Source: Bugula neritina (taxonomy: Eukaryota > Animalia > Bryozoa). From it: DNA of 64,000 bases. The notes under the pieces are model-generated. The model was given only the letters and a program-made list of their open reading frames with translations, was not told the DNA's origin and ran no database searches. Of this stretch, positions 32,201-57,827 are shown one piece after another. Where the stretch lies: positions 23,238,767 to 23,302,766 of the forward strand of contig OZ037766.1 in the NCBI GenBank assembly GCA_964035545.1, given 5' to 3'. Each line of letters opens with the position of its first letter. Positions within the stretch are counted from its first letter, which is position 1. A program made the position numbers and the translations under genes.

Positions 32201-32470
32201 ATACAATGTGTTGTCCATTAACTGCTTAATACAATCTGTTGTAAAACTCCATACACAAAGTATGTATATACTTACATAAGAATTAAACTTTCAAGAATTT
32301 AAACTTGCCTGCTGAGAAAACAACAATGCAGATGTTCTAGCTTTCCAGTGCCACTTCTTAGCTGGGAGTATAAGAACTTCTGTATTAGTCCTTTGAGTAA
32401 ACACAGTATCAATTAATTGGCGATGCGAGCCTCCATAAAATGGCTCAAACACTATATATTTCACTGGCAT
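29293..32470 (-). CDS. GTDC1: Glycosyltransferase-like domain-containing 1 (tRNA-queuosine alpha-mannosyltransferase); ~8 exons
   Basis: EPFYGGSHRQL, LPAKKWHWKARTSAL, SSVLNLAEL, LYFHENQLQYP, FQYGYNQILS, LVADVVLFNSEYN, HILWPHRW, STAIHEFFGVAMLEAV, GCYPIAPNRLVYPE. Confidence 0.95.
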
Positions 32471-32849
32471 TAAATGATTCTCCTTTTGTTGCCTGCAAAA
32501 CTGACAACCATCTTTAACTAATTAACAGCTTATTAACTATGCTGCATGTGAAACTAGATTTTGAACAGCTGTCCAACAGATAATTTTTATAAGGTGATCT
32601 AAAACGTTATACTTATTCTTATTGGGAGCTATTTTCTTTTATAGGAACTAAGTCAAAAGATGATTATACTTATAGCACAAACACAATTAGAAATAAGCAA
32701 ATAACAATAATAAATCAAAAATTTGACAGGTGCAACTTTGTAACTAATAATTGATAAGCATAATGATTAATATTATAAATATTAAAACAATTAATTCCTT
32801 TAAAAGTTCAAATTGAATAAAAATAAAATAAAATCCAATTCCAAATGTC

Positions 32850-33260
32850 GAAAATGAATGCGCTTGTCGACGTTTTCGAACTTAAATTTGATAAATTAAA
32901 TAATTTCATCAGTCTAAAAATATTGCCTAATCTTACACCTGAGGCTTACTTTGGGGTTATATGATTCCCTCACTTCTTGCCCTGAGACTGAGTTAGATTC
33001 TCTATTATTATCAATATGACTATTACTTCGAGATTGGTGACTGGGAAATTCCAGCACGCTGTTGGCTTAACCTTGACCGCTCAAGTAAAGTCCTGTCCGT
33101 TTATTGGCTAAATCGTACAACCGGTTTTCAACGCAACCAATAGGTTTGGTGGTACTTTAAGTGTAGCACGTGCTGTAGCACGCGATCCAAAGATTTCTTT
33201 TTTGAATAATAGGAAATTTATGTGCTTTCTAGGCATCGCCGGACAAATTTGTTAACATTC
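32850..33260. promoter_or_regulatory. Bidirectional promoter GTDC1 / GH31 glucosidase
   Basis: CpG-containing; opposed CCAAT boxes (ATTGG ~33103, CCAAT ~33137); palindromic GCACGTGC E-box ~33166; minus donor GTAAGC ~32948. Confidence 0.55.
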
Positions 33261-34181
33261 TATTAGCGCAAGCTTATACCTTCTTGTACAGTGCAAAAGA
33301 TTCATTTGCACCAGAGCGATATATCAAATTTAATCTTAACCCTTTGGTTTGCATAAATCACAATATTGCAAGCAACTCTCTGTATTGTGAGCGTGCATTA
33401 AAAGGCTACTAGAAGCTTTTAGATTTTTTCAAACATTTTAACATCTATTCCAGTCAATTGTCTGACTCACACTTTTTTATCACTTTGATTCAATGCGACT
33501 GTCATTCGCGTTCGGATTCACATATCAAAACAAAGATCAAAACTCGAAAGGAATAAATTTACAACATTTTGAGTTTTATAAATATTAGCATATGAATGCT
33601 CATTTTGTAATTGCCAACTATTCTATACCTTAAATGACAGACAATCATTGGTCGGACATTTTATTTGTACTTGTTTACTATACAGCTTTGCCTTGATTGC
33701 AGACACAGAATTAGTTATTCATGGTTATGGTGACAATGCCCAATACGATGGTCTTAGATTTACTGTTGTCGTTCTTTAAACTTCAATGTTGATGTACTGG
33801 CTAAAACAAATTGTCTTAACAAAATGGAATATTTAGCTCAATAATCATTTGCAGGTGAGCTGTAGTTTTATATAGTTATACATCATACATGTAATCTCCC
33901 GTCAACAATAGCTTTAACCAATTATTTTGGTGATATTTTTTTTCCAAAGGAGCTTTACCTTCTTCAATTTCATAATGTTTTCTTGTAATAATAAACAACT
34001 ATTTAAATTGTTTTATATTTAAAGTTTTTTATTTGTAGCGGCTCTGCAGCTGAAAGACAAAATTTTATGTATTACTCTATACATCAATATAGGTATTTTT
34101 TAAAGTTTGAATAATTATCTATTATGTTTTTACTCACTATGATATTTGCTTGTAGAACATTAGCTGCAACCTGCTTTAGTC

Positions 34182-47342
<13,161 letters not shown>

Positions 47343-47519
47343 AGACTCAAGTAGAATAATTCCTCACTCTTATATATTTGGTCAATACTAAGCTGCTGCC
47401 TTCCCAGCTGCCACACTTCCTGTTATCTAATAATATGCTAAACAATGTACTTCTGTGTAGTTGCCAGTTCAGTAAATTATATATTTATTATTAATTAAAC
47501 ACTTTATGTATTTATTTTA

Positions 47520-47780
47520 TGAATAGGTATACCAGAAAAATTTTGTTCTTATTACTTTATTAATCAAAGTAAACTGATATTTCGAGCACCACTGTGTCCA
47601 TCTTCAGAGTAACAATGAATGATCGAAAATTCGTTGTGAGTTTTGAATTTTCGATCATTCATTGTTACCCTGAAGATGGACACAGTGGTGACCGAAATAT
47701 CAGTTTACTTTGATTAATAAAGTAATAAAAACAAGATGTTTCTTGTATACCTATTCATAATTAAGTTGCTAGCCCGTAAA
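47520..47780. mobile_element. Penelope-like element remnant: inverted pseudo-LTR pair with minimal hammerhead motif, flanked by 15-bp TSD
   Basis: TATGTATTTATTTTA at 47505-47519 and 47781-47795; ~115-bp inverted arms with 12-nt spacer; CTGAAGA-stem II-CGAAA at 47670-47697 followed by AATAAA. Confidence 0.75.
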
Positions 47781-48478
47781 TATGTATTTATTTTAATATT
47801 TTTAAAAAACAATTTGATTTATTTTTTCGTTTTTATGTTACAAACTTAACAAATTGTAATTTATTATTTTTATTATATATGCCATGCTTATATTATGTTA
47901 TTTCAATATTTTAGCATCAATTTTGCTGACAGTAAATTTATTGCAAGTACTTCTAGTTCCTAGATCTATTTTTTAGGTCAACTGTTATAATATCTTTATT
48001 GCCCCATAAGTTGGAATGAATTCTTATTTATACATATAATGTAATACATTACATGGTAACACAATACAGCTTGCTACTAGTAAATTTGACTAGAACAATA
48101 ATTATTATGAAAATATATGTAACAAAAGAATAAAAGAAAATGTGCTTTGATATGCACACCAATGAAATGAACAAACATATAATATGACACCAGGAAATAT
48201 ACTTTTTCTCCTTATTCACCGGGAGTTATTTTACATCATTATTTAGGAGTGCCTAATTTGGTTGGAATTAATATTGCAATTGACCATCCTGTGTCGAAAA
48301 TATTTTATGGTTTAAATAAAGTCAAGCGTATACATACTCATATTTCATTTTGTTTTTAGTTAAAGTCCTCTAAAAATTAGTTTCTTAGTTTCATAACATC
48401 AGCTTTAGAACCCACAGATTTGGTAAGCTTATTCACCAAGTTGTGAGGGTAGAAGTGAGTGAACAAATGTCAACGTCA

Positions 48479-49096
48479 TCAGTAACCTTTACGTTTAACA
48501 ACAGCAATATGAGTGACAGACATCGAGTCACTACACTGAGTTGTACCCTCAGATGAAGAAGTTGAAGGAAGGGGCGATTGTCTAGGGGTGGATTGAAACG
48601 GTGTCGAGTGAAAACCTTTTTCCAGTCGACCTGTCATACTGTAACCTTGCTGAAAATCCTCATTACTGACATTTGTGCTCAAAATTAACCGAAAGTCCTT
48701 GAACTCTGGCACATAGCTCACTCTCTTCAAACTGCTGGACTTGGCAGCAATAGACTTGCTGTCGGATAAGTCTTTTTTTGTCGAACTGTGCACGTACTCT
48801 ATCAGCTGTCGGAATTTATGCTTATAGTCTGAATCTTTGTATTGGCCCTTCAGAACAAAGTTGCCTTCCCCTTGATCTCTCAGCTTGGCCGTAGCGTACC
48901 GGTAATGAGTTCCACAAACCTCAACAATTTGCGCTTTTGAATGATTCCACCATGGCAATCGAACAACCCAATAGCAGGTTGCGGTTGACCCAATGTCTTC
49001 ACTCGGGTACAAGTTCACTCTGAATGGAGCTCCTTCGTAACTTAGCAGTTTCCTGACATTCTTTCCTCTATTCTCGTAGTAGAATAGCTGAACCAT
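48479..49096 (-). CDS. Uncharacterised 205-aa protein, single coding exon (likely start MVQLFYYEN)
   Basis: Long GC-richer ORF in AT-rich context, preceded by acceptor CCTTTTAG (~49108); upstream short non-coding exon with GTGAGT donor (~49815); globular-looking N-terminal part and S/T-rich tail. Confidence 0.75.
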   Translation of the reverse strand: MVQLFYYENRGKNVRKLLSYEGAPFRVNLYPSEDIGSTATCYWVVRLPWWNHSKAQIVEVCGTHYRYATAKLRDQGEGNFVLKGQYKDSDYKHKFRQLIEYVHSSTKKDLSDSKSIAAKSSSLKRVSYVPEFKDFRLILSTNVSNEDFQQGYSMTGRLEKGFHSTPFQSTPRQSPLPSTSSSEGTTQCSDSMSVTHIAVVKRKGY

Positions 49097-52000
49097 GGTC
49101 ACTGTATCTAAAAGGATAGAGACAGACCCTTTATTGTATTGCTGCATGTTATGGCAAACAAAGAGAAAGTTATGATATTCACATGTATTATGTATAGATG
49201 AGTGTCTGTGGCATTATTATATGACATAAATCTTTCATCTATAGTATAAGTTCAAAATATTTTCCTTAATAATTTTCATATTTTTACTGTAGATTTACTG
49301 CTTTGTGTACATTTTTATGTTTTAGTTGAGCATCAGAGCTATACTTTAACTTTCTTAGTATACTGCTTATAAGTTATAAGTTGTTATATACATAATATCT
49401 CAAATTAATTGATAATTAATTATTGTAATAGCTAGTATGGTCCACAGTATATGGTAGAGTTGTCAATAGTAATAGTTGAAAATATCAGCAGTTAAAAATA
49501 ATGGTAATAGTTTACCAACACCATTACCATTTCACTTTATAAAGGACTATGCATTAAAGTGAAATTACATTATGAAAGAACTTTCTGAAGTTTGCTACCA
49601 AAGAATGCTATACAGTACAAAGATCTATCTACAATGTGATAGTATATATTATTATGATGCACACCGTAGTCCATCACAAGCAGCTTGAGCCTAAAGGTTT
49701 CAAGAGCCAGTAACACTGTGTCAACCTGGAGAAGGAACAGAGTGAAAATATAGCGATTATGGTAAAACATTGTAATAATTATTTCACATAGATCTAAAAG
49801 TATACTGTAACTCACCATTTATCTACTGTACATGAAACTGATTCCTAACAAAGCAAATTATTAGAACCATTTCATGGACCCTGTAAGAACTATCACAGTA
49901 ACTTGATGTTTGCTTCTACCACCAGCTCCCACTGAAATGAGCACTTGAATAAAATGCACATTGCTTTCCCTGGATAATGCTATTACATGCTGCATTATTG
50001 TTATTATATTATGTTATCAAGTTCAAAATGAATAGACCAAGTCGAATCTATCCAATCATAGCACAACTTTCACACTCTGTAGACTTAGTTAAACCAATCA
50101 AAAAGCAGCTGTTAACTTCAATTGTTAGTTAATATAATATGTTATATACGAACAAATGGGTAGTTAGTTTGTATCAATATTTTTATATTTCAACTCAAAG
50201 ATGCTCATATTACTCTTTAAATACTGTGGATCTGAAAGTTATATAAACTTACTTGATATTTAACGAAAATTTAGTTTCTGGCCTGCTACATGTATATTTA
50301 CCTGCTATCTGCTTGCATACACATGCACTACACACAATATACACACTACACACACTATACGTGGATGAACACGTACACAAATTCTCACCAATACACACAC
50401 TCACACAAACACACAGACCAGATATATTCATGTGTTATAGGAACATAATCAACAAGGAAAAAGTGTACCATATTGACCAGCTTCAACCTGTTCTAGACTC
50501 AAACTGGTATGAATTAGTTTGTTCATGTGGTGAAATCGTATGATCATCACAGTGATATCCGAGTACCATTCTGTTCTAGTTACGCTACTTGCCAGTATGT
50601 TTTTTAAGATGCGCCGTCAGTTTAATAAAAATGATGTAACCAAAGTAGATAATTATTTAAACCTTGTTCATGCTCTCATGGCATTGTTACTACTGCAATG
50701 GCCACACCTATAAAAGTGTTATTCATGTATAATGAAATAAAATGCAATTAATATCATATAGCATATATATACACCTATTAGGGCAATGGTATACTGTTGC
50801 TGCATGCGGTATGATGCATGTATAAATGAAAGAGAAATTGGTATTTCATTATTAAATAAAAACAATCTAATATATAGAAACATTGTAGTAGACATTGGAT
50901 TTGAATGTTAGAAAGATGCATTCGATACATAATTAATAGCATCAGACTATCAAGGGAATTGATAATTGCATTATTTATTGATATTTTATTATATCATATG
51001 ATACTATTATAGTAGTTGAAATGCAATTGTTTCTATAGCTTTATGGCATTTGCATATTTATTTATTGTGTATCATTATACAAGCTGTTGTAAAAGTTTCA
51101 TGCAGTTGCAAAATAGACAGATTTTATGACTTGTAGAATCTATGCGTTTGTAATGGAAAAGCAAACGATGATCTTGTGCATGCAAACGTAGTGACATGCG
51201 GAGATTATTTGGGAAACCATTTTGCATACAACTTGTGAGTTGTGCAGCACGTTATAAATATTTCAATATACAATATTAATTTATATAAAAGCAACAATTG
51301 AACAAAACCAAAGCAAGATTTATACAAGTAAAAATATTCACAAGAGTAGAACTTTTCACCTGTAGCACTTGTATCTGCAGTTATAATTGATAAGCTTGTT
51401 TGTTATAGCTGCTAAGTTTGTTGGAGGAGTATAAGATGGTATTTGTTTGTTTTGCACAATTTATAACGAAACTGAAAACATGTTGCAAGAAATTTTAATT
51501 TCTTCAAAGAAGACGTGACAAAATACCACTGCAGCTTTAATTGAAGCAGCTGAAAGCAAATTTTTTGCATTCCGTAAACTCATTAGCATGAGGGTAGGCT
51601 TAGAGCAGTTTCTTTGTTACATTGTGAAGAAAGTTAGTAGCACACTTAGAAAAGCATTGTTTTGCTGTGCAAATACCTGGTTTTATTATCTGCCATCATA
51701 ATAAGCCAGTCAGATGCACAACCTTTGTTTTTGGTACATTGTAAATACGATCATAGAGGCTGGTTGACTTGCAGATTAACAAAAAACAAACAATAAATAA
51801 ATGGAATTGAGACAAATGAGGCGGAAAATTCAACAGATGTAAGTCACTAGCAGCTGCTTTTTCCTAGTATCAAAGGGAACAGATTTTTGAGGTTATAAGA
51901 ACTTATAAATACCATCTCAGTAACAGCGTTGATCTTTATTGGGACTTTTATTAGCACAAGCTTGTGATGAATAATAGTTAATGTAATATTTGTAGACTAA

Positions 52001-52841
52001 TTAATGAATGATTAAAATAAGAACAGCATCCTATTTTGCAGATGGAGCATGTATTACTGATAACAATATAATTAACAAAATATTATATATAATAATAGAC
52101 AAACCATTGAACTACTAAATAGGACTACTTAAATAAAAAGCTGATTAGTAACATTAGAAGAGGTAGAAAATTTCCAGAAGGATGGAATATTAGTAATCAA
52201 TGTATATATATTAATCAATATAACACAACACCTGTAGTAACAAAGTCTAAACTATTTGTATTAAAGTTCCCATGGCAACCTATAGTTTAATGGAGGGTGC
52301 ATAGTAGTGACTTACAGAGCCCTGTTTAGAACTTTGGAAGACTAAAGAAATATTATAAAACAGAGTTTACATAAAATGATGGGATAATAAAGAAAGAAGA
52401 ATAAATACCATGTGATAACACTGGCCAGTATAAAGTATAAATAGACGTGATAACATGAAATGACAGCTTTACTACACAAAACCCAGAAAACAATACACTT
52501 ACCTATTGAAAAAAAGCTGCATTCATAGAAGAACTATAAAAAATCAACAAATTGACTGAACCACTGAACAGGATTATTAAATGGCAGAAGAGTGGAAATC
52601 TTAGAGAATGAATATATAAACTACCATCATGTAAAAAACAACAGCCCAAGAGTTGGTATAATAAGTTGGAATACTGATGTAATCTAATTTTTCTTTTTAA
52701 ATATTATGTAATACGGCTTTATTTTCACTCTGACAATTAGAAATACATATACTTGGGCTGGTCTGGTATAGGACAGAGAGTCTTGGAATGCAAGCCAAAA
52801 ACAGAAAGTATGAAAGACATTGGCATGATTATCTAGTTGGA

Positions 52842-55800
52842 CTAGAATTCACTGATGTCGTCATATTGAGGGTTTATTAGTTCTAGCAAAGATCCTATGG
52901 CTCCAAAGTACCCCTACAAAATGTGACATTTATTACCATAAGAAAAAAACGTACTGCAATGAAACTATGATATTTGCAGCATAATTCAATGCTGACTAGA
53001 ATTTATTGTCTTCTCAGAAACTATAAAAAGTTCAAACTGTAACCAATGTGACAAAACGGAGTTGGTATACTGTAGCAAGTCATAAATAGCCTTGGTTACT
53101 CACTTCTAGTTAATTAGAATAACAGCCTTTGAAGGTAAACGAAACGATTAAAGTTAATATAATGCAATAACTGGAAGGGAATGGACTGAGTATATGCTAT
53201 ACTTGCATGCCACGCATATATACATACAGTAAGTCTATTAGCAGACAGTGGTGAGTTGAAGGTATTAGATTATAGAAATCAATACAGAGTAGAAATCAGA
53301 TTAGTCGTAGAAGGGAGGCATTGTGTAATACAATAATATAAAGCATCCATACACATTAATGACAAGCAATGACATTATCTTATTCAATTAGATTACATGT
53401 ACACAATTCAAATAATAGATGCTATAAAAAAACGAAAAACTAAATAGTAAGTATTGAGTAGATAAAATATCATGAAACTTAGAGAGGCTCATATCGATAT
53501 TCCACTTAGCAGACGTATAAGGACATGTATGGAGGTAGAGAGAACCTTGAAGCGAGTGTCATCAGCAATATTGAGAGTCGACACTTCAACTCAAGTGTTT
53601 CTGCTGCCACTGTTGGCATATAAGTGAAGTTGGGTTCTCATGGGAATACAAATTGATGTTAACAAAGAATTCTTTTCAAAAATTATTGATGATAATGCTT
53701 CAGAAAATGTTACAAGCAAACATATTGTTTGTAGAGATTAGTAGACAGTTTAGTGAGTGATTTCTACCACAGGTACATGATGGGAAAAAGTGGCGATGAA
53801 TGAAATTAAAGTTTTAGAAATAATTTTAATTTAACTTTAAAAATATTATCGTTAGCCCTATTATTAAGCCAATTAAGACTTTGTGCTGTGATAAAGTAAA
53901 AAAGATACTAAGCTAAGCTATAGCCCAAATCCTGGGGTATATTTAGATTTCACAAAAAAGTTTCACTATGTCTTAAAACACAGTAATCATTATTGTAAAA
54001 AACTAAAAATGAGGACAGCAAGATTAATTAATTTTTTAAAGAAGAAAGACATGTTTATGGCATTGACAGTTGATAACTTCTTTTCAAGTTTCCATTCGAG
54101 TCAAAGTCAAAAAAATTGTAGATTAGCAAGATAAAAGAATGGAAGACAAAGAAAACACAGGGCAGATAATTATTCTTTGTTATCTCTTTCAAAGTAAATG
54201 GAGAGTTTAGTTGACTGTAAATTCACTTTGAAAGAGAAAACAACTCTATATACAATGTTAATGCATGGATATTAACTGCGTGTTTTGAAAGGACAACTTA
54301 TAAGAATTGTGATTGGACACTCCTGCCATACATATGCATATTTATGACACTCAAGTGTTTAACACAGAGGCAAATAAAATTTTCAGTTTTATACATACGA
54401 GTTGAACAAAAATGTAATAAAATATTCCTGTATGTTCAATGTAATAACCCAAAAGAAAAGTACCCACAGATAAAGAGCATTATATATGTAAAAACACATA
54501 AATAAATTTAAAAATAAATGTTTTTTTACCAGTGTTATTGATAGTTTTAGTTTTTGTAGAAAAATTAAATTTTTCTCAGAAGTGTAGCTTATGCCAACTA
54601 TACCAAATTTTATAATTATGTGATAAGAATTAGTGACAATATATTAAAATATAACTATGATGAAATAAATTATATAATTGCTACAATCGCATACCGAGAA
54701 CTAACGTAATATATAATGATATAAGTTAAAACATTATATTGATAGACACATACCTCATGCTCTAGGAAAATAGCTTTCATTGAACCATTTGACCAGTAAT
54801 CCATGGCGTGAGCTATTAATCTCATTGACAGCGTATTTTTCCTTAGAAAGTTTCCAACAAACACTACATTTTCTATTCCCTACAAGTTACAGATATACAG
54901 TACATGTTCTATTCCCTACAAGTTACAGATATACAGTACATGTTCTATTTCCTAGAAGTTACAGATATACAGTACATGTTCTATTTCCTACAAGTTACAG
55001 ACACTTACAAGTTACAGACAGACACTACACACACACATACAGTTACGAGCTTATAAATACGAAACCTGCTTCTCAGCGTTGAGCCTGGCCAATGAGGAGA
55101 TGTTGTAAGTGACCATAGCCAGGCAAGACCTGGCCAGGTCAGCTCTACTTGCTGCTTTAGATTTCTCTGGGTCCATCATGTGACCAAAACTACAAAATAG
55201 AAGTAAAGCTCTGCTATGATGTGATTGTGATTAGAATGTTGGGTCAAATCACCTACCATGTGTGGTATAATAGTAACTAATCTACTAGGTGTGGTATACC
55301 AGTAACTAACCTACTAGGTGTGGTATAATAGTAACTAACCTACTAGCTACCAGATGTCCTGGCAGCCCAAACTTTGTATAGTCTCCTCCATAGATATCAC
55401 TGACCAGTTTATCACACTTGGCATTATCTCCCTGAGAGGCAAGCTCCAGGGCTTCTTCAAACGAGTTGCAGCCAGTCAAGGCGCAGCACAGCCCAAGAAA
55501 TGTAGCCCCTCCAATACTGTCAATTAGAACAGCGAAATATACAGTAGATGGTGCAACATATGTATGTATCACCTACCTAGTACTCAGTATATCACCTACC
55601 TGGTACTCAGTATATAACCTACCTAGTACTCAGTGCATCACCTACCTAATACTCAGTATATCACCTACCTAGTACTCAGTATATCACCTACCTAGTACTC
55701 AGTATATCACCTACCTAGTACTCAATATATCACCTACCTAGTACTCAGTGCATCACCTACCTAGTACTCAGTATATCACCTACTTAGTACTCAATATATC

Positions 55801-57827
55801 ACCTACCTAGTACTCAGTATATAACCTACCTATTACTCAGTATATAACCTACCTAGTACTCAGTGCATCACCTACCTAGTACTCAGTATATCACCTACCT
55901 AGTACTCAATATATCACCTACCTAGTACTCAGTATATAACCTACCTAGTACTCAGTATATCACCTACCTAGTACTCAGTATATCACCTACCTAGTACTCA
56001 GTATATCACCTACCTAGTACTCAATATATCACCTACCTAGTACTCAGTATATAACCTACCTAGTACTCAGTATATCACCTACCTAGTACTCAGTATATCA
56101 CCTACCTAGTACTCAGTATATAACCTACCTATTACTCAGTATATAACCTACCTAGTACTCAGTGCATCACCTACCTAGTACTCAGTATATCACCTACTTA
56201 GTACTCAATATATCACCTACCTAGTACTCAGTATATAACCTACCTATTACTCAGTATATAACCTACCTAGTACTCAGTGCATCACCTACCTAGTACTCAG
56301 TATATCACCTACCTAGTACTCAGTATATCACCTACCTAGTACTCAATATATCACCTACCTAGTACTCAGTATATCACCTACCTAGTACACAGTGTATCCC
56401 CTACCTAATACTCCGTATATCACCTACCTGGTACCACCAATCCTTGTGAAAGTCTTGGGCCCAGTAACAGCCAGAATGCTAACTCCAGACCCCATGTTGA
56501 CACACAAGTAAGGGTAAGGATGAACAAAATTGTAGTTGAGTTTCTGACATTGTTCTTTAATGGTCGGGGAGGTGAAGTAGAAGCTCTCGTTATGATTGAT
56601 ACTCTCCATGTAGTGTATGCCTCTGATGAGTGATGACAGCTCGTCTATTTTACGCAGTTTCATCTTCAGTTGCTGCAACACAGCCGCATGTAATAAAGCC
56701 GACTATGAGACTATGACAAGAGTTGACAGAAGAACAGAAACTCCAAAAATAATTACATTCGAAGCTATTTTAGATTAAAAATGAATTATTATTAAATCAT
56801 GTAAGCAAATATGTGAACAAATATAATAGGAAGTTATCTTTAACCAAACAGTGCAAAGAAAACTCACTTACGTAATTGTAAAACATAAAAGCAGTACAAC
56901 GAATAAGGTTCACTTACAGTCTCGTATTCATTAGAGAACTTGTGAGCACCACCACCAGTGGCACAGATGGTAGAAGCTAAAAGAGGAAAGTTTTTAGACT
57001 TTGCTAGCTCTATGAAGGCTGGCATAGCTGCAGTTGGGAATCTGATAAAGTGCATGGAGCCTGTGTAGTCGCCTAACTGCGTCTTAATCTCTAGATGGGT
57101 ATCCCTGACTCCTGCAATGAACAGTGCTGCTATGGTGTGCCATGTATGCTGTTTACATATAGCTATATAGACGTAATCTGCTCTACAGGCACCTACTGTA
57201 CTATAAATACACATTCATGTAGAATATAATAAAGTAAGTAAACTTAGGCCTTAGGCTATACAGCACAGACTTATGATCTAAAACATAAGTATAAATAACA
57301 AAACTAGAACTAAAGCTACAGCAGATTTTAGTACTTAGTAATTATGATTCCCATGCACACTGGTAAATCGTAACACATGTTGTGTATTTACCAGAGTGCT
57401 ATAACATGCCATACCTGAGTCTCCATATGCCGTGTTACCAGACAAATATTTGTGAATTATCCGAATAGCTTTCTTAATCTCAGACGATTGATCATCATCA
57501 TCTGGAATGTTCTCCGGCTCAAAGTATACCAACTTGGTGAGAGATCCACCAACATCTAAGCCGAACCACGTGAATGCTGTAAAACAATATGAACATACAA
57601 TATGTAACTGTTCAGTTCAATTCACTGTGAATACCATTAATATAAAAAACAAAACAAATCACCATCACTTTTAAATACAGAAGCACTAGCACTGTGCAAA
57701 GCATTACCATTAGAAGCTATATAACCAAGAGTAACTTGAGTAACAGAGTGCACTCACGAGTAATTACTGGATGTTTGTTGAGATGATCATCGGTGAGATC
57801 AGGATTCCCACGCGCTGACTTGGCCAT
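52842..57827 (-). CDS. PANK: Pantothenate kinase (PANK1-3 type); ~8 coding exons
   Basis: [88 protein letters not shown]|GYFGAIG. Confidence 0.96.
54871..55002. repeat. 36-bp tandem repeat containing the PANK 3' splice site (x~3.7)
   Basis: TTCTATTCCCTACAAGTTACAGATATACAGTACATG unit spans the intron/exon boundary at 54879/54880. Confidence 0.9.
55568..56427. repeat. 23-bp satellite (CACCTACCTAGTACTCAGTATAT) x~37 filling a PANK intron
   Basis: Tandem array abutting the donor site at 56427. Confidence 0.97.

Noticed and set aside
52915-54753. miR-103/107 in a PANK intron
   Set aside because: No AGCAGCATTGTACAGGG-like sequence seen by eye on either strand.
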